64,000 nucleotides of DNA, taken from contig OX597821.1 in NCBI GenBank assembly GCA_951406725.2, positions 13,578,001-13,642,000 of the forward strand, read 5' to 3'. Below, in pieces: positions 1 to 13,505 of the stretch (its first letter is position 1; every line of letters starts with the position of its first letter). Position numbers and translations under genes: made by a program. This DNA is from Octopus vulgaris. Its lineage: Eukaryota. A model generated the notes under the pieces. It did not search any database. It was given only the letters and a program-made list of their open reading frames with translations, and was not told the DNA's origin.

Positions 1-57
1 ATGAAACAGTAATGATAAGCTACACATATTTGCTCACTGGTGCATTAAAGGGTAATC

Positions 58-160
58 TATAGATCTGTACTTGTGTGAGTTTGTATTATGATCCCATAGC
101 TAGGTATACTTATATATGTATGTACGTATATATATATATACATATATATATATACATATG

Positions 161-198
<38 letters not shown>

Positions 199-267
199 CG
201 TACATACATATATAAGTATACCTAGCTATGGGATCATAATACAAACTCACACAAGTACAGATCTATA
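58..267. repeat. Local inverted duplication (~73-bp arms) around a (TA)-rich spacer
   Basis: 58..130 (TATAGATCTGTACTTGTGTGAG...GTACGTATA) is the reverse complement of 195..267. Confidence 0.9.
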
Positions 268-471
268 TACATATCTACATATATATATATGTATATGTGT
301 GTAGATATGTATATATATATATGTATATATATATATATACATACATATATATATGTATGCATGTATATATGTATGTCTATATACACACATATATATCTAT
401 ACATGTATATATATATACACATACATACATACATACATATATGTACATATCCATGTATATGTATGTAATGC

Positions 472-503
<32 letters not shown>

Positions 504-871
504 ATCATATATGTAAATATACATATACGTGTATATACTTATACATGTATATACATATACGTGTTCGTGTGTGTGTATGTGTGTATATATGTATGTATGT
601 ATGTATGTGTATGCATGTTCTTATCCACTAAAATCAACTACCTCTGTATACGTGTGTCTCATCGTGTTACAATTACACAAACAGGAAGTAGAGATCAAAA
701 GACGGTCGGTTTTTGCTATATTAGAGATTCAGTCTGCTTTTCAATGGCATGCAATCTTTAGTTCAAATTTTGTTCTTTATAGGCAGTTTTATCTTCAGGT
801 TTACCGTTACATGTAACATATGTACGAGGGAAATAAGTAAGTATGAATATCTGATGTCACAAGATATACAC

Positions 872-1423
872 GGCGGAAGGCGGCGAGCTGGTAGAAACGT
901 TAGCACGCCGGGCGAAATGCTTACCAGGATTTCGTCTGCCGCTACGTTCTGAGTTCAAATTCCGCCGAGGTTGACTTTGCCTTTCATCCTCTCGGGGTCG
1001 ATTAAATAAGTACCAGTTACGCACTGATGTCGATACAATCGACTTAATCCCTTTGTCTGTCCTTGTTTGGCCTCTCTGTGTTTATCCCCTAATGGGTAGT
1101 AAAGAAATAAGTATTTCCTTGCCGTTATGTTTCAAATTCGCCGAGGTCGACTTTGCGCTTCATCCTTTCAGGGTCTGTCCTTGTTTGTCGCCTCTGTGTG
1201 TAGCCCCTTGTGGGCAGTAAAGAAATATGAAACGTCAGCACGCCGGGCGAAATGCTTAGCGGTATTTCGTGTCTTAACGTTCTGAATTCAAATTCCGCTG
1301 AGGTCGACTTTGCCTTTCACTCTTTCGAGGTCGATAAGTTAATTATCAGTTGCATACTGAGGTAAATCTAATCGACTGGCCTCCTCCCCATAAATTTCGG
1401 GCTTTCTGCCTAGAGAAGAAAAG
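872..1423 (+). mobile_element. Nested/tandem cluster of SINE family B copies (GGCGGCGAGCTGG...GACTTTGCCTTTCATCC)
   Basis: Three repeats of the GAGGTYGACTTTGC-TTTCA module with a B-box-like GAGTTCAAATTCC. The cluster is flanked by the direct repeat AAGATATACAC (861..871, 1424..1434). Confidence 0.85.
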
Positions 1424-1742
1424 AAGATATACACAACGGATATCAGCGTCTCTAAGTGAAAGAGAGCAAAATAGTAACTGATATTCGTTGCATGTATTTT
1501 CGTTCAAGCATTTACTTTAATTAAAACATGAGCTGATATCCTTATCGATGTTTACGACTTAGTACCAGCTCTGCGCAGCAACTGATTAATCGTTTGTATG
1601 CGAACACTACATTATTAAACACAGCAACCATTTTCAGGATTACATGTTAACGACAGAGCCTCACTTACACATGCTCTCACTTACACATACAACACACAAA
1701 CAATTAGACACATACATACACGCATACACCACAGATATAGAT

Positions 1743-1832
<90 letters not shown>

Positions 1833-1944
1833 TTGTATGTATGTATACGTACAAACACTCATATATATATATATGTATATATATGTACATGTATATGTAT
1901 ATAAATATATGTACGTATACATATACATGACATATATATACACA

Positions 1945-2016
<72 letters not shown>

Positions 2017-2490
2017 TATGTGTGTGTGTGTGTGTGTGTGTGAATGATTTGTGATAGTTTTGGTTAGTGTGCAGTTTTGTCTATACCATAAATAATTTTA
2101 TCTCTTAGAGAGATCGTAAAATGCATCGATTTGACATGAGCCACCATTTATTATCGATTCCATAGCTAAATACTGTTCTTTCAAAGCTTAACACTTTCCA
2201 CTGCATTTTCATTGTACATTTGCAAGGTCAATAGAAGTGCACGGTTCTTGCATCTCAGAACATATCAAATAACAATTTATAGTTTCTCTGGCGGTGCAAG
2301 CACGGTGTCATTAGCGGAGTACTATATTGCACTTTGTCCTGAATCGCCTTGGCTCTGCCAACTCGAATTCTCAGTCGATTAAGGAATTTCCTGATCTTTT
2401 TTTTTTTTTTTTTCATTTTTCTACATAAATCAGATTCAGAATGAGAGATACTTACAAGTGTCTCAGGATATGTACATGTATACATAGATA

Positions 2491-2691
2491 CGAGGGCGTA
2501 CTGAAAAATTCCTGGCTGTAAGGGTGTCGCGAAAGGCTTGGATGGAGGCCCAGCATTCCGAGTTCTTTTACAGGACTTAAAAACTAAAGGACCACTGCGA
2601 TACGTGCGGGAACACGTTGAATAATATCATAATTAACTGATCCTCCTGTATTTTCTTCTACCCAAAGCCAAGAACTTTTCAGCACCCCTCG
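2491..2691. mobile_element. Mariner-derived MITE
   Basis: Imperfect TIRs CGAGGGCGTACTGAAAAATTCCTGGCT / AGCCAAGAACTTTTCAGCACCCCTCG, with TA on the left side. Confidence 0.75.
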
Positions 2692-2905
2692 CACATGCAT
2701 ATAAATATGTATGTGTGTGTGTATATATATATATGTGTGAACGCATTCATGCTATGTGTATGTGTATATATAAATATGTGTGTGTATGTGTCTTTGTGTG
2801 TACACATATATACTGTGTGTGTGTGTGTATATATATATGTATACACACATACACACACATCCAGTTAAAATTTATAGAAAAACAAAAGACAAAGACAGAT
2901 GTATA

Positions 2906-3325
2906 CTCTTACTCTCTTTTTACTCTTTTACTTGTTTCAGTCATTTGACTGCTGCCATGCTGGAGCACCGTCTTTAGTCGAGCAAATCGACTCCGGGACT
3001 TATTCTTTGTAAGCCCAGTACTTATTCTATCGGTCTCTTTTGCCGAACCGCTAGGTGACGGGGACATAAACACACCAGCATCGGTTGTCAAGCAATGCTT
3101 GGGAGACAAACACAGACACACAAACACATACAAGCACATACATATATATATACACATATATACGACAGGCTTCTTTCAGTTTCCGTCTACCAAATCCACT
3201 CACAAGGCATTGGTCGGCCCGGGGCTATAGCAGAAGACACTTGCCCAAGATGCCACGCAGTGGGACTGAACCCGGAACCATGTGGTTGGTTAGCAAACTA
3301 CTTACCACAAAGCCACTCCTGCGCC
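2906..3325 (-). mobile_element. SINE family A, full length
   Basis: Minus-strand head GGCGCAGGAGTGGCT..TGGTAAG, B-box-like GGTTCAGTCCC, CORE-like CTTGGGCAAGTG, internal (TA/TG) tract and tail TGACTGAAACAAGTAAAAGAG. It matches other copies in the window. Confidence 0.9.
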
Positions 3326-3802
3326 TATATGGACAACTAGTAAGTGTATTTGTTTGACGCTCGTGAAAAATGAAGTCTTTTACCTTTTGAGCCTAGGCTC
3401 TTCAACGGAAAGGAATAAGAGAAAATAAATAGAGAGAAAATAAAGTTGTAGATTTCATTTGACCAGCATTTACTTATATATATACACAAAAAATTTACAT
3501 ACGCACACACACATATATATGTATGTATATATATATATATATATATCTATATATATATATATATATACATACATACATATTTCTTTCATTCTTTTACATA
3601 ATTCAACCCAAAGGTTGTCCATGCTAGACCACCGTCAGTGATATGCATATGCATATACATAAGCATACATATCTTCTCAGGTACGTGTGTGTGTGTGTCC
3701 ACGCGTGTGTGTGTGTACGCGCGCGCGCCTGTGTGTGTGTTGCGTATGGTTGTATTTCATATATGTGTCTATAAATTATAAAAATAATTTTAAAAAATAC
3801 AG

Positions 3803-3887
3803 TACAGTACTGTTTCTACTTCGCAGGTTTTTACCTGTCGCTTGGGGTTTGGAACGTAACAGCCGCGATAGTCGAGGGATTACTGTA
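3803..3887. mobile_element. Tigger/pogo-like terminal fragment
   Basis: Ends in CCGCGATAGTCGAGGGATTACTG-TA, the reverse complement of a TA-CAGTAATCCCTCG Tigger-type terminus. Confidence 0.55.
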
Positions 3888-3889
3888 AA

Positions 3890-4177
3890 TATATGTAACA
3901 TTCTCCGCTTCATTCCGTCCTTTCTTTTCGTGTACATTCGCTGCTTTCTTCCAAGGAATCTAATGCGATTAGCTTAGTTATTCCTTGGGGCTGGCCTGGT
4001 CGCAGCTATCTCGAGTATAACCAGCCGAAACCGCAAAGATAATGTGGAACTCGACTGAAGAAAGAAAACTTCGAATGACCCGTCCTTGTTTTATTTGTAT
4101 CGTCTATCTGGATATTTTGCTGTCCCTTTCTTGTATCATCAAACTGTCTGCAATGTTTTGCGTTCTTGTCCCAATTT
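3890..4177 (+). mobile_element. Probable Penelope-like 3' terminal fragment with a hammerhead-like variant motif
   Basis: Hairpins CCAAGGAA/TTCCTTGG and GGCTGG/CCAGCC-GAAAC, then CTGAAGA-AAG..CTTC-GAAT-GACCCGTC at 4055..4084. A T-rich tail runs into (TA)n. Confidence 0.4.
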
Positions 4178-4310
4178 ATATATATATATACACATATATT
4201 TATACGTGCATGTATGTATATAAATATATATACACATATATACATATATATATATGTATATATGTGTATGTATATATATATATGTATGCATATATGTATG
4301 TATATATATG

Positions 4311-4377
<67 letters not shown>

Positions 4378-4436
4378 GTATATATGTATGCATATATATG
4401 TGTGTGTATATATATATACATATATATATATGTATG

Positions 4437-4530
<94 letters not shown>

Positions 4531-4644
4531 TCCAATCATGTGAATTCCATAGGATTATGACCGTTTCTTCATGTAATATTAATTTCAGAATGCAGGAAAT
4601 TCTATGTGCATGTTTGTATTTATATGCATGCTCGGTATCATACA

Positions 4645-4818
4645 ATACAATTGTATATTCACAAATGAATACAAAAAAAAAAAGAAGAAAACTAACTCAT
4701 CAGAGCACCCGAACATCACAGTTACATCGACAGTTCTACTTAATGTAAACAGGATGTTCAGGTGGTCTAATGAGCCAGGATTCTTTATTTACATCAATTT
4801 GTGAATATGTAATTGTAT
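4645..4818. repeat. Imperfect ~170-bp palindrome (MITE-like or fold-back)
   Basis: Outer arms ATACAATTGTATATTCACAAA / TTTGTGAATATGTAATTGTAT; inner arms CTCATCAGAGCACCCGAACATC / GATGTTCAGGTGGTCTAATGAG. Confidence 0.7.
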
Positions 4819-5228
4819 GGCATTAATGTGAATACTGAGCATAAGTATTAATGTAATCGTGTACGCATAATTTCATTGATGCTGAAAGTAACGCTACATG
4901 AAGTTTCGAAATGGCTATAATCCTATTGGCGCCATACTGTTAAATAGATAAATATTCACTCGTTGTCCCTCGTGAATCTATTTTTTTATATACACATCAC
5001 AGAATAATATTTGCACAGGGATTTTCTGTATTTTCAATTATATGCACACATTGCATAAGAGTATTTTGTAATTAATATCTATTTAGACTGATGACCGAAT
5101 TCGTAAGCGGACCTTCCTGTCATAATGTGCTAATCGCACGATGCTCAAAATCCATGGCATATACTATTCATTTATATTCAGATATGTGCGTATGCGTGTG
5201 TATAGACACCTCACAGACATACAAACAT

Positions 5229-5262
<34 letters not shown>

Positions 5263-5438
5263 TGTGTGGGTGTGAGTGTGTGTGTGTGCGTGTGTGTGTT
5301 AATATTATGCTAGCATGTATTGCCATTCTTGCTATATCGATATGATTCCACCGGATGGAGTACATCGATATCTCTGAAACCAGCCTGTCTGTATTGATCT
5401 ATCTACCTATCTACCTATCTACCTATCTACCTATCTAC

Positions 5439-5491
<53 letters not shown>

Positions 5492-5804
5492 GAGAGAGAG
5501 GGGGAGAAAGATACATACATATATACATGTATACATACATAAACGCGATATATATTTATATATAATAATTATTATATATAAGCGTATCTGCATACATATG
5601 CAAGTATATGTTTATATACGTATATATATATAACTATATATATATATATATGTATGTATGTATGTATGTATATATATATATGTATATATATATATGTATG
5701 TATGCATACATATATCCACATGTATGTATACATAATGTGTGTGTGTATGTATGTTTGTGTGTGTATATATATATATATGTATATATATTACTTTATTTAT
5801 GCGT

Positions 5805-6101
5805 CCTTTTCAAGCTTAGCCAAGCTCATGGGCCCGGTTTCCCGGTTTCTGTGGCGTATGTGTTGCCCCCAGCTGGACGGGACGCCAGTCCATTGCAGCG
5901 TTACTCAAGAAACAAGAAAGAGTGAAAGTTGGGACGAAAGAGTACAACAGGGGTCACCACCACTCCCTGCTGGAGCCTCGTGGAGCCTTAGGTGTATTCG
6001 CTCAATAAACACACACAACGCCTGGTCTGGGAATCGAAACTGCGACCCTCCAACGAGGAAGAAACGGTTATAATCCTAGCCACTGGGCCATTGTGCCTCC
6101 A
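5805..6101 (-). mobile_element. SINE family C (head H1 + tail T1)
   Basis: Minus-strand tRNA-like head TGGAGGCACAATGGCCCAGTGG (A box) and GTTTCGATTCCC (B box); near-identical to 10565..10866. Confidence 0.88.
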
Positions 6102-6562
6102 CTTATATATATGTGTGGGTGTGTGTGTGTGTGTGTGTGTATGTGTGTGTGTGTGTGTGTAAGTATGTATGTATATATGCATATATATCCATATGTATAT
6201 ACATACACACATACGTACATTTGTTAAAACTACTCTAGTCAGTAACACGACGTGATGATTGCAACGTGATAAAAACAGAAATATTCACCGTTGCACCTGA
6301 CAGCCTAAGTCGATACTTTCCATTGACTGGTTGGTTGGCAGCAATATAATTAATCTAAGAAATTAGTCAGACACTACATCCACTCGATTCATTATACCAA
6401 ATATCAGTATTGGTTAGCTTTAATTTCAATGCTCTTCCTCTGAAGAACTTCTTTTTTTTTTACTTTGCGTTTTCTTTTTTGTGCGTCTGCGATAAAGCGA
6501 ATTCTTTCTCATCATCCAAAATATCACCTGCATAGAAAATATTGAAAATGAATTTTGGTAGC

Positions 6563-6684
<122 letters not shown>

Positions 6685-6835
6685 TAATAATAATAAAAAT
6701 AATAATGATAATAATAATACAGTTGTCTGCATCAACAACGTCAACAACAAATGACTTTTGTGTCGGTAAAAAGATTGTATAGCGACTGCATAGACAGAGC
6801 CTGGGTCGTTGGTAGTAATCAAAGTAAAGTATATG

Positions 6836-6867
<32 letters not shown>

Positions 6868-8345
6868 CGTATGTACGTCTGTATGTATGTATGTATGAGT
6901 GTATATATTTATATGTGTGTATGCATATGTATGTGTATGTATATCTATAGATACATATGCATACATACATATATGTATCATTTATGGACATATATATGTA
7001 TGTATATATGCATACGCATATACATGTATAAATGCACACACATACAAATACAAACACACACATATATGTATACATATATACATATATATGCGTATATACA
7101 TATGCATATCTCTATGTAGATATAGATATAGATATAATCTATATATACACATGCAAGTGTGTACCTATATATATATAGATACATAGATAGATATATATGT
7201 GTTCATATATACATATATACATGTAATATGAACCTATGTTTTATAGTTTTGAGCGAAACGTAGTTAGATAAGTAAAGCGAAGATTTCAATGGCTTTTAAC
7301 TGAAGGAAATCTATTCAGGTTTTATGTTAAAAAATAAAATGATAAAAAGCTAAATCCGTATTGTCAGAATATTCACTTTTTCACCCTTCCACCTTCTACA
7401 CGAACACGCGCGCACACACAGACAGATGCACACATGCATACACACCTACAAGCAGAATATGTCGACTTCAAAAATGAATGGCTAGATGAAGTATATCTCT
7501 CTATATTGACTAATACACATTGCACGTACCTCTATGAATGAGTGTCGCTGAGGAATGGGTGAGGTAAATAATAATGATTTAAAGAAAAAAAATATATGAA
7601 AGGAAAAAATAATAAAAATATACTTTGAAGAGAAAAAAAAAACCAAACTTTAGAGAATAAATAAAAGCGAAAAGAAAATGGAAGTATATTAATGAATTAA
7701 GGAAAGGAGTAGGTGGAAGGGGCTGTGGAGGAGGGGAGGAAGAGTAGGATATGGTGGTGATGGTGGTGGCGGAGGAGGAAGAGAAGGAGGAGGTTGTAGA
7801 GGAGGAGGAGGGGAGGAGGAAGAGGGGAGGGAGGGGCGGTGGGAAAATGAAGAAAGAAGGAACGAACGAAAAAGGAAATGATAAGGGTGAGGAGGAAAAA
7901 TTGGGAGGGAAAAGGAAGAGGAGGAGGAGGAGAAGAAGAAGAAGAAGAAGAAGAAGAAGAAGAAGAAGAAAGACGCCATTTTTTGTTAATTAGTAATCAC
8001 AATTAACAATATATTAAAAAGATCAAAAAGAAAAAAAGATCAAAAAAGAAAAGAAAAGTATTTTTAGATTAACAATAATTTTTAGAAATCTTTTGGAGAT
8101 AAAATTGCGAGGAAATTATTAAAAGAAAAGGGAAGAGAAAAAAATAATAAAAAAATAAACGAAGCAAAAATGAAAGAGAAAGAGAGGCAGAAGGTAAGCA
8201 ATATAAAACCTATGACATTCATTGTTCATTCGAGAAATATTAATATTTATATTTTTGGCTAGTAGTTTTTCTTTTCCTTTATATTACTTTATCTTATTTA
8301 TTATTATCATCATCATTATTATTATCATCATGATCATCGTTGTTG

Positions 8346-8412
<67 letters not shown>

Positions 8413-8432
8413 CATCATGATCATCGTTGTTA

Positions 8433-8520
<88 letters not shown>

Positions 8521-8929
8521 CACTTTCTCGTTTTGATTAGTTTCTTCCAACAACGTTTACTTTTCAAAGACATTTTCATCATTGCCATCCTCTCTCCCTC
8601 TCCCTCTCTCCCCCTCTTTCTCTCTCTCTCTCCCCTTCTCTCTCTCTCTCTCTCCATATGATTCCACCTCTCTTCTCAATTGCTTTTCTTACTGTAATTA
8701 TTTACTGAATATCCTTCAATATAATTATGCATGAAGATTTTCTTGCTAACTCTAAATTTCATGCTATTTTTTTTCCCTGTGTGGCGGTAGGGGAAGAGCT
8801 GGAAGGATGGGTTAGCTTTCATTGATATCGTCTTCATCATCATCAACAATATTTTCGTCGTTGTCTTTCTCTTCTTGCTCCTACTCCACCTCCTCTTCCT
8901 TTTCATCATCATCATCATCTTTTTCTTTT

Positions 8930-9052
8930 TCCTTTTCTTCTTCTTCGTCTTCTTCTTCGTCTTCTTCTTCTTCTTCTTCTTCTTCTTCTTCTTCTTCTTC
9001 TTCTTCGTCTTCTTCTTCTTCTTCTTCTTCTTTTTCTTCTTCTTCGTCTTCC

Positions 9053-9096
<44 letters not shown>

Positions 9097-9625
9097 TTCT
9101 TCTTCTTCGTCTTCCTCTTCTTCTTCTTCTCTTACTTCTTCTTTTCTTCGTCTTCATCATTTTCTTTATCCTCGTCATAATCATTACCAGGACTGCAATC
9201 ATTCAGCAACAATGTCAGCGTCATCATCATCATTAGTATCCTCATCATCCCCATCATCATCATCATTGTCATCGTTGTCGTCGTCGTCATCACCATCATC
9301 ATATCCATCATCGACTTCACCACCACCATCATCATCATCCCCATCATCATCATCCCCATCATCATCATCCCCATCATCATCATCCCCATCATCATCGTCG
9401 ACGTCGTCGTCGTCGTCATCATCACCATCATTATATCCATCATCGACTTCACACCACCATCATCAGCATCACTATTATCACCCATCATCATCATCATCAT
9501 CATCTTCATATGCATCATCATCTTCATCATCTTCATCATCATCACCATCATTGTAGTCATCATAATACTCATCTTTATCATCATCATCGTCATCATCATC
9601 ATCATTATCATCAACAACAAAATCA
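8930..9625. repeat. Compound (CTT)n / (CAT)n microsatellite with internal higher-order duplications
   Basis: Read directly. A CCCCATCATCATCAT 15-mer recurs and the TATCCATCATCGACTTCAC block is duplicated. Confidence 0.9.
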
Positions 9626-9805
9626 TCATCTTTCATATTGTGTTATTTTGTTTGTTCTTTTATTTCTTTTTTATCGGGTCGGGTGGTATTTCCTTTATTT
9701 TTTATACTTAGTAATTTATTACACATATATTCGTTATCTCTAGCAGTTTAGGCAGCGGAGCTGTTGCTGCTGCAGCTATTCCACCTATTACAACCACTAC
9801 TACTG

Positions 9806-9848
<43 letters not shown>

Positions 9849-9990
9849 GACTACGACAACTGTTGCTGCTACATCGACGACGACGACGAGAAATCCAAGA
9901 ATATCGAAGTGGCTGCAATCATCTCCTGCTGACAGTAAACATATTCTAATATATTAATAAGCATATATACCCACGTAGAATTGTGCGTCA

Positions 9991-10035
<45 letters not shown>

Positions 10036-10198
10036 GACTCATACGTAGACAGACTGACATAACATTTAGAAACATCATTGGAACCAGTTAGATGTATACA
10101 TATCTACACACATACATTCATACATAAATACGTGTGTATATATATATGTATATATATATGTGTGTGCATGTGTGTTGTATATACACACATGCATATGT

Positions 10199-10290
<92 letters not shown>

Positions 10291-10564
10291 AATACACGCA
10301 TGCGTAATTACGTAAACACATGCTTATATAATATGCCTGCATATATACATACACACACATTGCAAGCATACTCATACATGCATCTGCATTTATTCATGTA
10401 CATGTGTGCGTGTGTATGTCTTGTATACGTATGCGTGCCTATTTGCTTGTACGTACTGTCTTAATGTCCGTCTTATTGAAGTGGGTTTCACAAAACCTGA
10501 AATGACAAATCTAATCAAATGATGACAGCTATAACCTATCATAGGTACTACATTTCATTTTTTC

Positions 10565-10866
10565 GCCCTTTTCAAGCCTAGCCAAGCTCATGCACTCGGT
10601 TTTCCGGTTTCTATGGCGTATGTATTCCCCGCCAGCTGGACGGGACGCCAGTCCATCGCAGCGTTACTCAAGAAACAGGAAGAGAGAGTGAGTGAAAGTT
10701 GAGGCGAAAAAGTACAACAGGGGTCGCCACCACCCACTGCCGGAGCCTCATGGAGCTTTAGGTGTTTTCGCTCAATAAACACACACAACGCTCGGTCTGG
10801 GAATTGAAAACGCGATCCTCCGACCGCGTGTCTGCTGCCCTAACCACTGGGTCATTGCGTCTCCAC
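10565..10866 (-). mobile_element. SINE family C (H1 + T1)
   Basis: Same head and tail modules as 5805..6101. Confidence 0.88.
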
Positions 10867-10873
10867 AAAATGC

Positions 10874-11104
10874 ACCCTTTTTAAAGCCTAGCTAGGCTCA
10901 TGTGCCCGGTTTCCCTGTTTCTATGGCGTATGTGTTCCCCCGGCTGGACGGGACGCCAGTCCATCGCAGCGTTACTCGTTTTTGCCAGCTTAGTGGACTG
11001 GAGCAACGTGAAATGAAGTGTTTTGCGTCTCCCCGTTCAGGAATCGAAACCACAATCTTACGATCATGATGCTGACACCCTAACCACTAAGCCACGCGCC
11101 TCCA
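10874..11104 (-). mobile_element. SINE family C (H2 + T1), tandem to the previous copy
   Basis: Tail T1 is joined to an alternative head containing GCTCCAGTCCACT-AGCTGGCAAAAA on the minus strand. Confidence 0.85.
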
Positions 11105-11228
11105 TATAGGTACTATGAAAATATATAAAATCCCTAGTAAGTTTAGCATGTTACATGACGCACATATACAAATGAAATCCATGCCTGCACATGTATATGT
11201 TTATCTAAGCTTCTGTGCATACATATGT

Positions 11229-11560
11229 AGGATGGATATCGATGCTTGGGTCAAATAAAAAAAAGTATGCACCGTCGTAGAGACCATTTGCCTGTTGATG
11301 TAAACATCTCTTCGAAAATCCAAGAAAGAAATGAAAACTAAGGACAAACGGTTCGAAATTTCCAGCTTCTTACACTCTCATTATGAATTCACATTTATAC
11401 CAATAATAATTGGTACCCTTGATTTCGTGAATAAATATCTGAGTGTCAATCTGGAAAAGCCTGAGATTTTAGGGTTGGGGAATCAACCAGCAAACATGCA
11501 GCTTGCAAATACAATCTGCTACCGAAACAGTAAAAACCTGCAAGACGTTTCTTAAGTCAT
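11229..11560 (+). pseudogene. Decayed C-terminus of an RLE-type non-LTR retrotransposon (lineage distinct from the Dong-like copies)
   Basis: Manual translation across frameshifts and stops gives RMDI..W..KKVCTVVE..PVDVNISSKIQE..YEFTFIPIIIGTL..LQIQSATETVKTCKTFLK*. This fits a PD-(D/E)xK restriction-like endonuclease pattern. Confidence 0.65.
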
Positions 11561-11649
11561 AAGAAACAGGCTCGTAAGCATACATACTTGACTAACCAGC
11601 TGTCGTCAAAATACCGACTTTAGGCAGCTTTTTGATTCATCTTCCACTT

Positions 11650-12052
11650 TTCTCTTTTACTTGTTTCAGTTATTTGACTGCGGCCATGCTGGAGCACCGC
11701 CTTTAGTCGAGCAAATCAACCCCAGGACTTATTCTTTGGAAGCCTAGTACTTATTCTATCGGTGTCTTTTACCAAACCGCTAATGTACGGGGACATAAAC
11801 ATACCACCAACGGTTGTCAAGTGATGATGGGGGGGGGGACAAACACACAAACACTCACACACACACATATATATATGTATAAATACATACGACGGGCTTC
11901 TTTCAGTTTCCGTCTACCAAATCCATACAAAAGGCTTTGATCGGCCCGAGGCTATAGTAGAAGACACTTGCCCAAGGTGCCACGCAGTGGGAATGAACCC
12001 AGAACCATGTGGCTGGTAGGCAAGCTACTTACCACGCAGCCACTCCTGCGCC
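11650..12052 (-). mobile_element. SINE family A, full length, inserted in the 3' UTR of the RLE element
   Basis: Matches 2906..3325; a short direct repeat CCACT lies at both ends. Confidence 0.9.
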
Positions 12053-12386
12053 CACTGGTGGGGAATTCGTGAAATCAAACAGGGATACATACATATACGT
12101 AGGTACATATTAAATACATGTATACTTATATGATGACCGCTTTCTCGGTCTCGAGTATAGTCTGGGATTCAAACTACGCGGTTGTGGATTTTCAGGCTAG
12201 CAAGTGATGAACACTCTTTGCCAAAGATGTGTGTGTAACATGATTGCTTCCAACAAAATGTGCCACTTGTTAGTTATCCTGAAATGTCGTGTGACGTTTC
12301 ATGCCCCTGCCGCATTCATGTCATGCTGAAATGGTGTATAGGGCGTAACGTAAATAAGTACATAAGAACATACCTAAGTAGATAGT

Positions 12387-12440
<54 letters not shown>

Positions 12441-12586
12441 TCAGGGTGAATACTTGATAAATGTAAGCACTTTTGATCTATCTGTTATATCAATTACGCA
12501 TTGATATAAGAATAAGTTGTTCAATAAAGCCCGAAAGATATGTACCGCAAAATCCTTTGCGTCCTGCTTTTCATTTACTTCATTTG

Positions 12587-12628
<42 letters not shown>

Positions 12629-12690
12629 ATATTTCGGAATGGTCATATTGCCAGTTTAGCCAAAAATCTTGCACAACAAATATTTAAACG

Positions 12691-12784
<94 letters not shown>

Positions 12785-12829
12785 TACATGTACATACTTA
12801 CATATATATGTATATACACATGCATATGT

Positions 12830-13505
12830 ATGGTATCCTGGGTTCAGGATGTCAAAAAACGAAAACATGAAAAAAGATAATATGAAATATGAAAACATGG
12901 AAAACGAACTTTTTTGGCGAACAGCGAAAAAAAAAAACAAATAGAAAAACAAGACCGACAACATAAAGAACAAGCTCTTCGTCAGTTGCCCACTCTTTTA
13001 CCCGCTCCGCATTTCGAGCATCAGGACAAGATGCGTTTTCGTCAAAACAGTTGTTCCCGCAAAGCAAATTAAATATAATTTGGGATTTGCAGATGGTCAA
13101 AGTTGGTAACAAAAACAGGTCAGTGAAAAAAACAGTAAGGGCTGTTGAACCATAACGCGGTGAAGTGGGGAACTGTGGAGAAACAAGATTTGACAGGAGA
13201 CAGAAATAAATGCGTGCAATCCCTGTAGCTGAAGAAGAAAGAAAGAAATTCGAGTTAGGAAAAGAAAGATGACCGCTGGTCACGCATGAGAAACGAGAGA
13301 GTCAAGGAGGAAGAGTGCGGGAGAGAGAAGGTCAGACAGAGAACGATGAAGGGGGGGAGAAGAATTAGGGAAAGAAGGAGAGAGACAACAAAGGGAGATA
13401 AAAAGAATCTAGAAAAAGGAAGAGAGGGAGAAATAGAGAACAGTGTCGCATCAGAATTATTAAGATATAATTTACTTGGAAATGAATGCGTGGCATTCAA
13501 TCATA
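12830..13505 (-). mobile_element. Probable Penelope-like 3' region with degenerate hammerhead-like motifs
   Basis: Minus strand reads TTGACGA-..GCATC/GATGC..-CGAAATGCG followed by a second CTGACGA. It has a T-rich tail and is bounded by (TA)-rich arrays. Confidence 0.35.

Noticed and set aside
2255-2485. 76-aa minus-strand ORF in unique sequence
   Set aside because: It depends on a poly-A run and shows no splice signals or recognisable homology.
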